From Verrucomicrobiota bacterium (GTDB lineage: Bacteria; Verrucomicrobiota; Verrucomicrobiia; Opitutales; Seribacteraceae), in contig JAQBYT010000034.1 in the NCBI GenBank assembly GCA_027622665.1, positions 1 through 46,346 of the forward strand: a DNA stretch of 46,346 bases, read 5' to 3'. A model generated the notes under the pieces. That model was not told the DNA's origin, ran no database searches, and worked only from the letters and a program-made list of their open reading frames with translations. Below, one piece after another: positions 28,134-38,404 of the stretch (position 1 is the stretch's first letter; each line of letters begins with the position of its first letter). The position numbers were made by a program, and so were the translations under genes.

Positions 28134-31100
28134 ATGAGTAAGAAAACGATGTGGATATTGGCGGGTGCAGCCTTCGCCTTGAACTTGGTGGGTCTCCTAT
28201 GGATTCGAAATGAGATTGTCGGGCCTGCCGCTCGAATCGAAGCGGAGGAGGAATCTGTCTTGCGAGTTGCGGTTTTCCAACCCGGAGAGGACGAACCGGC
28301 AGAGGATGCGGACAAGCTGTTAATCGTATTCAATCGGGAGCTTGTCCCTGCTGCCGAGGTTGGGAAACCGATGGGGTGGCAGCCTTTCTTGGTGGAACCG
28401 TTGTCGGAAGGACAATGGCTGTGGAGTCGGACGAACGCGATGGAGTTCCGCCTGAAGAATCCCTTGCCTGTCGGTAATCGTTTCTCCGCGAAAGCATCGG
28501 CTCATTTCGCCAGCCAACTTGGTGAACCCTTAGAAGGGAAAAAGGAATTTTTCTTTAATTCTTCCCCCCTCCGTGTCGAACATTGCTTGAATCTAGGGCG
28601 TATGGACGGCAGGATTCGAATTGAATTTCGCTTCAATCAGGAGGTTGAACCCGATGTTCTTTCCGCAAACCTTCAGGCGACTACCCGCGATCCTGCGGTC
28701 AAACTCAAGGGGGAAGTTCTCAGTACAGGAATGAATCGCCGGCACATGGTGGCTTTTGAAGAGCCTAAAGATCGATTCTTGGTAGTGAAGTTGAAGAAAG
28801 GAATGGCAGGTGTGAGTGGTCCTCTTGGACTGAAGAACGAATTTGTGAACGAAATCGAGCTTCGTCCCACTTTTGCCGCTCTGTCCGCACGTACCCCTTG
28901 GCGCTGGAGGACGGAGGAAAAAACTTCGGTCGAGCTAAGGTTTAACGAAATGCTCGATCCGTTGCAGACCATGCCCCGCATTTCGGTAACTCCAAAAGTA
29001 GAGGGAGTCACCTCAACCCTTTCTCGATATGGCATTCGCCTTCATGGTGCATTTGATTCTCCCATGCGGCTCTATCTCGCCAGAATCGAGGGTGATGTAA
29101 GATCATTCGACGGGCAGGTATTGCCTGCCGGAACTAAGTTTCGTTTCAAGATGCCCAGCCGTTCGCCGTCGATAGGTTTCGTTCGGTCTCGGGGTGTCCT
29201 TAGCCCAAAGGGCAACCTGAGTCTGGAATTAAAGACCGTTGCCGTTAGCGACGTTCGCCTTTCCGCGACCAAGGTGTATCCCAACAATCTTGCAGCTCAT
29301 CTTCGTGGAGAATCCTTAAGCCGCGTCGGGCGGGAATTGTTCTCCGAGGTGGTGTCCATTGAGGGTAGGGCAGCCAGTTCGGTAAAAACGACTCTCCTTC
29401 GTTTGAGCGACTGGATCGAAAAACCTCTTGGCTTGTACTCCATCCAAGCCGAAGCCGAGAATCGAAGATGGACGTCCGACGTCGCCGTCGTCGCCGTGAC
29501 CGATCTCGCCATCACCACGAAGGCTCATCCTTCAGGCATTCTCACATGGATTACCTCCTTGAGTGAAGGCAAACCCGTGGCGGGCGTAGAGGTAACCGTC
29601 CTTTCTACCAAGAACCAGCGATTGGCTGGGGGAAAGACGGACGAGCGTGGTCTCGTAGAGTTAGACGCCCCCGCCGACCATCCAGCGGGCGAACCGTGGA
29701 TTGTCCTTGCGGCGAAGGGCGACGACCTCAGTTTCCGCCGGCTTGACCAACGAAAGTGGGACTTGCCGACCGTAAACAAGGATGGGCGTGAACCCCCAAA
29801 GGGATTGGACGGGTTTCTGTATGCTGCTCGCGGGATTCGGCGTCCGGGCGACGTGGTGCGGTTGACCGGGATTGTTCGTGATGATGCCGGTGAAGCTCCC
29901 GCTCCGAACATACCTTTTGAGCTTCGTATTTATCGTCCCGACGGCAAATTGGCCAAGACCATGCCCGTTGGCATGAGCAAGGGCGGAACTTTCCATACGT
30001 CCTTTGACACCCCCGAGGAAGCTTGGACGGGGACATGGCGATTCGCACTGTCCTTGCCCGGTTCGGAAACGAACATTGCGGAGACAACTACCGGAGTAGA
30101 GGCTTTCGTGCCCGTCCGCCTCGAAGTGAAGAGTGAACCGACTCAGTCGTGGTTCGGTCATGACCAACCTCCCGAGGTTTCGATTTCCGCTCGCTATCTC
30201 TTTGGAGTTGCAGGGGCTGACCTGCCGTTTCAAGTCGCGGGAGATTGGTCGAAAGTATCATTCGAGGCCGTGGGCTTGGAGGATTTTCATTTCGGAGACA
30301 AGGACAGTCATGAGAAAATGTCCTTACGCACCATCGATGGGATGACCGACGAAACCGGTTCCGCCAGCGTGTTCCCTCCGAGTGATCGGTTGTCACCTGG
30401 ACTCTGGGAGGCCGCCGGGTTCGTTACTGTAAACTCTACGGGCGGCGCTTCCGTGAGCGATCGGTTCACCTTGCGAAAACTTGCTGCCTCGCGACTTGTC
30501 GGCTTACGCATTGCGAACGGAGGCAAACCGTTGGCGAGCGAGCCGTTTTCGATCGAGTTCGTAGCTGCCGGTCCGCTTGCAGATGAAGTACCTGTTGGAA
30601 ACGTCGAAGTCGTTTTGGAAAAGCTGGAAACCGATTGGGTCATGCAACGTGTCGACGAACGCTGGACTTGGCATCGTCGGGAGGATGCCTTCGAGGTTAC
30701 CCGGAAGCTAGTTGAAAACGTGGCCGGGGCAGAGGAGGATTTCGCCCGGATCGAGATGACTTGCCCCGAACCCGGAACTTGGCGCTTGGTTGTTCGCGAT
30801 TTAGTCGGTGGAGCGGTGACTAAAATGCGCTTGAACGTCCCTAGGGTGGGGCAACCCATTGCAGCCACGGGATCTCCTCACCGAGTGGGACTCAGTCTCG
30901 ACCGTGACTCCTATCGTCCCGGCGAAATGGCTCGTGTGGCAGTGGAAGTGCCGTTTGCGGGCGAATTGCTTTTGTCTGTTGAGACCGATCACGTAGCTTG
31001 GGCGGAAACATTTACCCTTTCGGAATCTCGGGCCGTATTGGAGGTTCCTCTTCCATCACGCATGCCCGGAGGTGCTTTTGTTACTGCATCCGTAGTGCGT

Positions 31101-33491
31101 TCCCTTGACTTTAAGTCTCCTGATTGGAAACCGCATCGGGCATATGGAATGGTGCGCGTGGCTACTGACTTTTCCAAAGAGCGCCTCGATGTTGAGTTGG
31201 ATGTGCTCGACAAGGTGCAGCCGGGAACCGAGGTCACTGTTCGGGCTAAAGTGAAAGCCGACGAATCGGCTTACGTTCATCTTTGGGCGGTGGATGAAGG
31301 GGTTTTGTCCGTAACTGATTACAAGACACCCGACCCGACCGACTTATTCTTCGATCCTTGGCGGGCTAAGATAGATTCGGGCGACCTCTATCTCGAACTT
31401 TTGCCCGACCACAAGAGACCTAGCTCGATGGAGAGATTCGGTGCCGGGGGTGGATCCTCGCGTCGTTCGCTCGTTAAAGCGAGGTCTCCAAAGACCGTCA
31501 TTCTCTGGAATGAGTTCGTCCCCTTAGGCAAAGATGGATTCGTGGAATCCAAATTTGCGATACCGTCTGACTTTACGGGCGAGGTTCGCTTTATGGCCGT
31601 CGCTGTGGCTGGGAACTCGTATGGTTCAGCCGAGAGTTCCATGACGGTGACTTCACCACTTCTGGTGGAGACCTCTTTGCCCCGTTTCGTCGCTCCGGGC
31701 GATAAATTCCTCTCTCCCGTCACACTTTTCAATTCTACCGATGAAGACATTGTGGCTAAAACCGAATTCATTCTTTCCGGTCCCGTCCAATTACTCGGTG
31801 ACTCAAAACAGACTGTTGCCCTTGCTGCGGGTGGTTCAAGTACCATTTGGTTCGAAATGGAAGCCAAACGCCGCATGGGTGTTGCACTGGTTTCGGTCAG
31901 GGCCTCGGGCCACGGACTGCTTGCAGAAACTAGTGGAACTTTTCCCGTTCGCCCTGCTGCTACCTTGGACGCCGCTTACGAAACTTTCGTGATGAATGCC
32001 GGCGAGTCGCGGACAATCGAATTGCCCGAACGATTTCTAGCCGACGGAGCCAAGCGCACTGTCACCCTGTCGGCTTCGCCCGTCACTGACCTGCGACCCG
32101 CTCTCGACGACTTACTTGGTTTTCCATACGGTTGCGTGGAGCAGACCACAAGCAAGGTCATGCCATTGGCGTATGCCGACAAGTTGCTTGGTGGAGGGAA
32201 AGCGGAGTTTGCTAAGGAAGCGGTTCTTGCGGGCATCGAGAGGCTTTCCACTATGCAGACCCGCTCAGGTGGTCTTGCCTACTGGCCCGGTGGTCGAGAG
32301 CCAAACCTTTGGGGTACTTGCTATGCGTCGTCCTTTCTAATCGAGGCAAAAGCTGCAGGTCATTCCATCGACAAAGAATTTATCGATGGGGTGGTTGGCT
32401 ACTTGCGCGAATCCCTGCGTTCAGGTGAAAACGACTTGCCCGAGCAAGCTTTCATTTGCCAAGTGCTTGCCACCTTTGGTCAACCGGAAACATCCCGTCA
32501 ACGCTATCTCCTCGATCAAGTGGGGGTTCTCGACCTTGCCGGTAGGGCCCGTTTGGCAGGGGCATGGTTGGCGAACGGACGGCCCGACCTCGCCCGCAAG
32601 TCGCTTCCAGACGACACTCTTTCCCTAACCGTTTCGCGCACGTTCAAAGGTCGTCTCACCTCACAGACTGCGGCCGAGTCGGTTCTGCTTTCAGTCCTCC
32701 TCGATCTGGACGATCAACACCCTTGGATAAGTGAACTCAAACACCGTATTTTACGCGGGCGTAAGAATGGTCGTTGGAGGAGCACGTTGGATAATGGCCT
32801 TGCCATTGCCGCTCTCTGTAAGCTGCAGGCTTCAGCCGAAAGCAATGCAGGTTCCTTCTCGGGTGAGCTGATCGGACCTAATGGGACAGTCGTTTCCTTC
32901 TCATCGGAGGATACGACCGAAACCTCATTTGTCGGAAGCGGAGAGATTCGACTGTCTCCCGTGGGAGAAGGGAAACTCTATGTCTCCGTTCTAACCGAGG
33001 GTCTCGTTGCTCCCGAATCGATAAAACCCGTTAACGACGGCCTGAAGGTTCTGCGCCGTTGGACTACCGCCGACGGGAAGGTTCTGCGAGACTGGAAAGA
33101 AGAGGGGGGAGATCCCGTGAAAGTGGAGATCGGAGACTTAGTTTGGGTGGAGGTCAAGTTGCAGACTCTCGACGTGGAGGCTGACAACGTGGCTGTGGTC
33201 GATGCGTTGCCGGGTGGATTCGCGGTGGAGAATCCACGTCTGGCGACTTCGGCTATGCGGTCACCAAGTGAGCCAACCCTTTTTACCAGCCAGCCGGATA
33301 GTTCGCAGTTCCTTGATGACCGTGTCATCCTTTTTGCTTCAGCCAAGCATCGTCCGCAAGTTTTTCGATACGCCATTCGAGCAGTGGCGGGAGGAGAATT
33401 CCTGCTTCCCCCGGTTCAGGCCTCCTGTATGTACGATGAAAGTCAGCGTTCTCTGGGAGGCATGGGTTCCGTAAAAGTGGCAGTCCGTTGA
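28134..33491 (+). CDS. Bacterial alpha-2-macroglobulin (YfhM-like, pbpC-linked)
   Basis: VTDLAITTK, RGIRRPGD, EAFVPVRL, WAVDEGVL, FPYGCVEQ thioester at 32133-32144, DALPGGFAVENPRL; N-terminal TM. Confidence 0.94.
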   Translation: MSKKTMWILAGAAFALNLVGLLWIRNEIVGPAARIEAEEESVLRVAVFQPGEDEPAEDADKLLIVFNRELVPAAEVGKPMGWQPFLVEPLSEGQWLWSRTNAMEFRLKNPLPVGNRFSAKASAHFASQLGEPLEGKKEFFFNSSPLRVEHCLNLGRMDGRIRIEFRFNQEVEPDVLSANLQATTRDPAVKLKGEVLSTGMNRRHMVAFEEPKDRFLVVKLKKGMAGVSGPLGLKNEFVNEIELRPTFAALSARTPWRWRTEEKTSVELRFNEMLDPLQTMPRISVTPKVEGVTSTLSRYGIRLHGAFDSPMRLYLARIEGDVRSFDGQVLPAGTKFRFKMPSRSPSIGFVRSRGVLSPKGNLSLELKTVAVSDVRLSATKVYPNNLAAHLRGESLSRVGRELFSEVVSIEGRAASSVKTTLLRLSDWIEKPLGLYSIQAEAENRRWTSDVAVVAVTDLAITTKAHPSGILTWITSLSEGKPVAGVEVTVLSTKNQRLAGGKTDERGLVELDAPADHPAGEPWIVLAAKGDDLSFRRLDQRKWDLPTVNKDGREPPKGLDGFLYAARGIRRPGDVVRLTGIVRDDAGEAPAPNIPFELRIYRPDGKLAKTMPVGMSKGGTFHTSFDTPEEAWTGTWRFALSLPGSETNIAETTTGVEAFVPVRLEVKSEPTQSWFGHDQPPEVSISARYLFGVAGADLPFQVAGDWSKVSFEAVGLEDFHFGDKDSHEKMSLRTIDGMTDETGSASVFPPSDRLSPGLWEAAGFVTVNSTGGASVSDRFTLRKLAASRLVGLRIANGGKPLASEPFSIEFVAAGPLADEVPVGNVEVVLEKLETDWVMQRVDERWTWHRREDAFEVTRKLVENVAGAEEDFARIEMTCPEPGTWRLVVRDLVGGAVTKMRLNVPRVGQPIAATGSPHRVGLSLDRDSYRPGEMARVAVEVPFAGELLLSVETDHVAWAETFTLSESRAVLEVPLPSRMPGGAFVTASVVRSLDFKSPDWKPHRAYGMVRVATDFSKERLDVELDVLDKVQPGTEVTVRAKVKADESAYVHLWAVDEGVLSVTDYKTPDPTDLFFDPWRAKIDSGDLYLELLPDHKRPSSMERFGAGGGSSRRSLVKARSPKTVILWNEFVPLGKDGFVESKFAIPSDFTGEVRFMAVAVAGNSYGSAESSMTVTSPLLVETSLPRFVAPGDKFLSPVTLFNSTDEDIVAKTEFILSGPVQLLGDSKQTVALAAGGSSTIWFEMEAKRRMGVALVSVRASGHGLLAETSGTFPVRPAATLDAAYETFVMNAGESRTIELPERFLADGAKRTVTLSASPVTDLRPALDDLLGFPYGCVEQTTSKVMPLAYADKLLGGGKAEFAKEAVLAGIERLSTMQTRSGGLAYWPGGREPNLWGTCYASSFLIEAKAAGHSIDKEFIDGVVGYLRESLRSGENDLPEQAFICQVLATFGQPETSRQRYLLDQVGVLDLAGRARLAGAWLANGRPDLARKSLPDDTLSLTVSRTFKGRLTSQTAAESVLLSVLLDLDDQHPWISELKHRILRGRKNGRWRSTLDNGLAIAALCKLQASAESNAGSFSGELIGPNGTVVSFSSEDTTETSFVGSGEIRLSPVGEGKLYVSVLTEGLVAPESIKPVNDGLKVLRRWTTADGKVLRDWKEEGGDPVKVEIGDLVWVEVKLQTLDVEADNVAVVDALPGGFAVENPRLATSAMRSPSEPTLFTSQPDSSQFLDDRVILFASAKHRPQVFRYAIRAVAGGEFLLPPVQASCMYDESQRSLGGMGSVKVAVR

Positions 33492-35524
33492 AAGTGTCCT
33501 GCTTAAGCGAGTGGCTTAGGCGATATCGCGGGCGGATTCTTCTGACCTTCGCCGGAATGGGCGTGGGAATCTATTTCGCCCTGAACTGGCTTCTTTCGGT
33601 CAATCCTTTTCCTGTCGAACGATTGGAAGCCTTGCCCGAAAGCGGTGTTCTGCTGGACCGGCATAATCGCGTCCTCACGCGAACCTTGACCGGCGAAGAA
33701 CAATGGCGTCTCCCCATCTCCCTTTCGGAGATTTCACCTTGGCTGAAGCGCGCTACAATTGCGGTAGAAGACGAACGCTTTCGCTCTCATTCCGGGGTGG
33801 ATTTTGTGTCCGTTGCTCGAGCCTCCTTTCAAAACATATTTGCTTTGGGCGTCGTCTCGGGGGCAAGCACGTTGGATATGCAGTTGTGCCGTATGCTGGA
33901 ACCCAGACCCCGCACTTTCGAAGTGAAGCTTTCCGAAGCGGCCCGAGCATGGCGGTTGAAGGAAAACCTGTCGAAAGACGAAATCCTTCAGGCGTACCTG
34001 AACCTAGCCCCCTATGGTGGAAACCTAAATGGAGTCGAAGCGGCATCGCGACGCTACTTTGGCAAGTCGGCCAAGGAAATCTCGCTGCCCGAGGCTGCTC
34101 TTCTAGCGGGTATCCCACAATCTCCTTCCCGTCTGCGCCCCGACCGTTATCCCGGAACCGCCAAAAGGCGACGGGACAAGGTGTTGGATCGGATGTGTTT
34201 GGAGGGAATGATTTCTCGCGATGTTGCCCAGGAAGCCATGAGTGAACCCGTTCAGCTTGAACCTCGCCCATTGACGGGCGGGCAAAGTCGGCACTTCGTG
34301 ATGGAAGCTTTGCATCGAAGACCTTCCGGCGGCAAAACCTATTTCGATCTCGAGCTGCAGTTGGAAATAGAACGGATTGCCAGGGAACATGTGAAGCATT
34401 TGCCGACAGCATCCGAAGTAGCTGCGGTCGTAATCGAAGTGGAAAGCGGGGGCTTGATTGCGATGCTCGGAGGCGTGAACTTTGAAAATCCGCATGATGG
34501 GCAGGTCAATGCTGCGATGGCGTGGCGTTCACCCGGTTCAGCTCTTAAGCCTTTCGTTTTCGCTACGGCTGCCGCCGATCGGCGTTTGGATGGCGAGACC
34601 ATTCTCTCCGACGCACCCGTAAGTTTTGCCGGCTGGACTCCCGAGAATTTTGACCGAACCTTCTCCGGAGAAGTGTCTGCGGGGGACGCCTTGCGGTGGT
34701 CTCTCAATCTGCCTGCGCTTCAAGTTGCTCGGGAAGTGGGTGCGGTCAAGGCAGCGGGCGTGGCGGAGGGATGCGGCGTGCGTTTTCGGGGTGACCCCGT
34801 TGGTCGCGGAGGTCTTGCCTTCGTGCTGGGTGCGGTGGAGACGCGTTTGCTCGATCTTACCCACGCCTACGCCACATTGGGCCGGGCCGGTATTCGCCGA
34901 AACATACGTACATTCATGGACGAACCTGTCGTGGATGCTCGAATTCTAGATGCGGACGTGTGTGCTTGGTTAGGGCATGAATTGTCTTCTTGGCGTTTCC
35001 CTTCGACCGAGTTCGAGCATCTTTCCCCGCAATCGACTCCGTGGTTTATGCGTAAGACGGGTACTTCTTCCGGAAGGCGGGATGCCTGGGCGGTCGGTCA
35101 CAACGGTAAGTATGCCGTTGGCGTGTGGGTCGGAAGACTTTCAGGGATGGGCGATGAAGCCTTCGTGGGGGCCAAAGTTGCCGAACCTGTCCTCGCCCGC
35201 ATCTTCGATCTTTCACAGGTGCGCGTGACAGAGGCTCCCGAAAAGCCTACCCCGTGGACAGTTACCCGACCGATTCCTTTGTCCGCAGAAGATTTGAAGC
35301 TTGCCATCCTGTCTCCCGAACCCGGAGCCGTTTACCGAAAAATAGACGAATTATTGGAGGTCCGCCCAAAGGCCAATCTAGATGGTGAGCTGCTATGGTT
35401 TCTCAACGGTCGAGCCCTTGCCGGATCTGAAGCTCGGCGAACTGCGGTAGGAATCGGACGTCACGAACTGCTTTGCCTTACCCCAATGGGGAAATTCGCC
35501 CGTTCCCGTTTCGAGGTGCGTTAG
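33488..35524 (+). CDS. pbpC: Penicillin-binding protein 1C
   Basis: EDERFRSHSGVD and GASTLDMQL (GT51); SALK, SLN, KTGT transpeptidase motifs; LLWFLNG C-terminal domain; overlaps the A2M stop. Confidence 0.94.
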   Translation: MKVSCLSEWLRRYRGRILLTFAGMGVGIYFALNWLLSVNPFPVERLEALPESGVLLDRHNRVLTRTLTGEEQWRLPISLSEISPWLKRATIAVEDERFRSHSGVDFVSVARASFQNIFALGVVSGASTLDMQLCRMLEPRPRTFEVKLSEAARAWRLKENLSKDEILQAYLNLAPYGGNLNGVEAASRRYFGKSAKEISLPEAALLAGIPQSPSRLRPDRYPGTAKRRRDKVLDRMCLEGMISRDVAQEAMSEPVQLEPRPLTGGQSRHFVMEALHRRPSGGKTYFDLELQLEIERIAREHVKHLPTASEVAAVVIEVESGGLIAMLGGVNFENPHDGQVNAAMAWRSPGSALKPFVFATAAADRRLDGETILSDAPVSFAGWTPENFDRTFSGEVSAGDALRWSLNLPALQVAREVGAVKAAGVAEGCGVRFRGDPVGRGGLAFVLGAVETRLLDLTHAYATLGRAGIRRNIRTFMDEPVVDARILDADVCAWLGHELSSWRFPSTEFEHLSPQSTPWFMRKTGTSSGRRDAWAVGHNGKYAVGVWVGRLSGMGDEAFVGAKVAEPVLARIFDLSQVRVTEAPEKPTPWTVTRPIPLSAEDLKLAILSPEPGAVYRKIDELLEVRPKANLDGELLWFLNGRALAGSEARRTAVGIGRHELLCLTPMGKFARSRFEVR

Positions 35525-35531
35525 CAGTCTT

Positions 35532-36371
35532 TTAGGCCAGTGCCTTGGCCGTTTCATCGAGAAAAAGCTGAGAACCAACTCGAAAAGGAAAAGACGGCAT
35601 ACTTGTGGAAAAGCTTTTCAGGGGAAAGCAGGCTTCTTCCAGAAAATGGAAATCTGCGCCGGCTCCTCTGCAAATGGGATGCCCGGCGGCGCAATCCCAC
35701 GGCTTGGATCTGTATTCGATGCAACCGTCGAGGCGGCCTGCGGCGACGTTGGAGAGACCTACGGCTGCTGACCCAGGGCAACGTATGCGCCAGATAGTAA
35801 GTGCTTCTTGGAGTTTCTCTTGTGCCTTGGAGGGAATGGGGAAGTGCATACAGAAAGTGAGCTTTTCGTTTACGAGGTCGGTGGCTGCCCTGATAGGACT
35901 TTCGCCCTCGACCGCTCCGAAGGTGGGACCACCTTGAAGGAGTAAGTCCCGTCCGTTGTCGTATATGAAGCCGTAGACGGGCATCCCTTTGCGAAGAAGA
36001 CCGAGGGAAATGCCACACTCGGGAATGCCGACTGCGTAGTTGTTTGTCCCGTCCACGGGGTCGAGCACCCAAGCGAATTCGGCGTAGAGGTTTCTGAGTA
36101 CGGAGTCGCTATCGTTTTCTTCGGAGCAAAAGTCATCTTCGATGAAGTCTTTTGTGAGGTCGGTGAATATCTCGCGTGAGATTGTTTCGTCTACCACGGT
36201 TACTCGTGTTCCGTCTCTTTTCCATCGACTTTCGGTTTTCCCGAAGTTTTCTCGAAAATAGCCTACTTGGTCGAGAACGGCTTTCTGTCCTGCTAGTATG
36301 CGGGATCGCAGAGATTCGTCGGCGTGACTTAGGTCGAGCGGATGCTCGGATGGGATTACGGTTCGATCCAT
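35532..36371 (-). CDS. Inositol monophosphatase family protein
   Basis: SEE, WVLDPVDGTNNY, GSAA, PWDCAAG. Confidence 0.92.
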   Translation of the reverse strand: MDRTVIPSEHPLDLSHADESLRSRILAGQKAVLDQVGYFRENFGKTESRWKRDGTRVTVVDETISREIFTDLTKDFIEDDFCSEENDSDSVLRNLYAEFAWVLDPVDGTNNYAVGIPECGISLGLLRKGMPVYGFIYDNGRDLLLQGGPTFGAVEGESPIRAATDLVNEKLTFCMHFPIPSKAQEKLQEALTIWRIRCPGSAAVGLSNVAAGRLDGCIEYRSKPWDCAAGHPICRGAGADFHFLEEACFPLKSFSTSMPSFPFRVGSQLFLDETAKALA

Positions 36372-38389
36372 TTGCCTTCTTCTTTAATGAGATGGACCAG
36401 TCGGTCAACGGCTTCCTTTTCCGGGATTGCCGATTTTACACGATTTTTACCGACGTAAAGATCGATCTTGCCGGGAGCGGTGCCAACGTATCCGAAGTCG
36501 GCATCGGCCATTTCTCCGGGCCCGTTGACAATGCAACCCATGACTGCGATCGTGACTCCCTTTAGGTGTGCAGTGCTTGCTTTTACGCGTTGGGTGGTTG
36601 ACTGAAGGTCAAAGAGGGTACGACCACAACTTGGGCAAGCCACGAACTCGGTTTTCGAACTTCTTGCCCGTGCTCCTTGAAGGAGGTTGTAGGCGAGAGT
36701 TCGAGCACGATTCGGATCGGGGGCATTCTCGACCGAGAGTAGGTCCCCGATCCCGTCGCAAAGTAGAGAACCCGTCAAGATTGCGGAATCGAGGAGGCGG
36801 GAAGAAAAGAAATCTTCATGGGGATGGATGCGCGCTTCGTCGCTTGACCTTATCCAGATAGGGAAGGGCAGGTTGCGTTGTCGAAGGTAAGCGCCCAGCG
36901 CCCGGTAGGCTGCTACCGGATGCGCGAACTTGGAGGTTTTCGACAAGGTGATTATTGGAGCGGAGCCTTGATAGACTGAGAGGACTTCGCCCAGTGGGCC
37001 GTTGAGGTCGGTTGGTTCCAATGCAAGGGCGGATGTATGGCCCGCGTTTTCTGTTTCAGTAAGAAATGTGTGAAGATCCTCGGATTGACAGGGAGCGAAG
37101 GAGCGAAGGACAAGGAGTTTCGGTGAACCTCGTTCGGAAGCTCTGGTCGGCAGGTCAAACTGTTCTTCGGGTTGGTATTCGACTACGAGAAAGGGTAGGG
37201 AGCCAACAAGAGTTTCCCGCAAAGTCTCCAAGTGTGCTAAATCTTTCTCGTATTTGAGCGTCAAGAGCAAGCCTTCGATCGGTGCATCCTTGTTTGCGGC
37301 TTGGGCTTTTGACAGATCGGAAACGATATCTCGAAACTCCTCAAGGGGGCGACCTGCCGGAATAATCACGCGAGGCGGTTCTTTCGGACCCACTTTGCAG
37401 CTTGGGCTGAAGGTCAGGTCGATGCATTCCCGACGCGTGAATTCAAAGGGATCTATTCCTTCGTCGGGATGCTCGCAGGTTTTGTCTTCTGCCCTTCTCC
37501 AAAGTGTCTCAGTTCTTGACGCGATGTCTTGGGCCACGGGTATCTCATGTACCGGATCTTCGGTAAGTGAAACGCGGATGGTGTCGCCGAGACCATCTAG
37601 CAACAAGGAGCCAATTCCCGCGGCACTCTTGATGCGAGCGTCCTCACCGTCTCCGGCTTCGGTGACGCCAAGGTGGAGGGGATACTCCATGTGTTCCTCG
37701 TTCATGAGAGCGACGACGAGTCTATAAGCTTCGATCATCACTTTCGGGTTGCTTGCCTTCATCGACAGGATGATCTCCCGGTAATCGTGCGACTCTGCGA
37801 TCCTAATGAACTCTAGAGCGGATTCGGCCATGCCTCTAGGCGTGTCGCCGAAGCGATTGAGAATCCGGTCCGAAAGGGAACCGTGATTGGTTCCGATGCG
37901 CATAGCTCGCCCCAGTTTCTTGCATCGTAGCACTAGTGGCGAAAAGGCTACGTGTAGGCGGTCGAGTTCTTCTTCGTATTCGAGCTCGGAGTATTCGCGT
38001 ACGGCGAATTTTTTACGGTCGGCGTAATTGCCGGGATTTACTCGTACCTTTTCCACGTGCTTGGCTGCCTCCATCGCCGCTTGTGGAAGGAAATGAATGT
38101 CGGCGACGAGAGGAATGTCAAACCCGTCGCCACGTACCTTTTTAGCGATTGCTGCTAGAGCCTCTGCGGCCCGTACGTTCTGGGCGGTAATTCGGACGAT
38201 CTCGCAACCTGCTTCTGCAAGTTCTATGGTTTGACGTGAAGTGGCTTCCACATCGAGAGTTTCAGTCGTGGTCATCGACTGTACGCGAATCGGGTTGTCA
38301 CCCCCAACGCCGATCGAACCGACCTTTACTTCACGAGTCGTTCTTCGAAGGGTACGAACTCGTGACAAGCAGTATGAGGAGGACGGCAT
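36356..38389 (-). CDS. ispG: (E)-4-hydroxy-3-methylbut-2-enyl-diphosphate synthase, long form
   Basis: PIRVQSMT, PLVADIHF, RIGTNHGSLS, PLHLGVTEAG, ACPSCGRT, MGCIVNGPGE. Confidence 0.97.
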   Translation of the reverse strand: MPSSSYCLSRVRTLRRTTREVKVGSIGVGGDNPIRVQSMTTTETLDVEATSRQTIELAEAGCEIVRITAQNVRAAEALAAIAKKVRGDGFDIPLVADIHFLPQAAMEAAKHVEKVRVNPGNYADRKKFAVREYSELEYEEELDRLHVAFSPLVLRCKKLGRAMRIGTNHGSLSDRILNRFGDTPRGMAESALEFIRIAESHDYREIILSMKASNPKVMIEAYRLVVALMNEEHMEYPLHLGVTEAGDGEDARIKSAAGIGSLLLDGLGDTIRVSLTEDPVHEIPVAQDIASRTETLWRRAEDKTCEHPDEGIDPFEFTRRECIDLTFSPSCKVGPKEPPRVIIPAGRPLEEFRDIVSDLSKAQAANKDAPIEGLLLTLKYEKDLAHLETLRETLVGSLPFLVVEYQPEEQFDLPTRASERGSPKLLVLRSFAPCQSEDLHTFLTETENAGHTSALALEPTDLNGPLGEVLSVYQGSAPIITLSKTSKFAHPVAAYRALGAYLRQRNLPFPIWIRSSDEARIHPHEDFFSSRLLDSAILTGSLLCDGIGDLLSVENAPDPNRARTLAYNLLQGARARSSKTEFVACPSCGRTLFDLQSTTQRVKASTAHLKGVTIAVMGCIVNGPGEMADADFGYVGTAPGKIDLYVGKNRVKSAIPEKEAVDRLVHLIKEEGKWIEP

Positions 38390-38404
38390 ATCGTCCCGAA
38401 TCGT

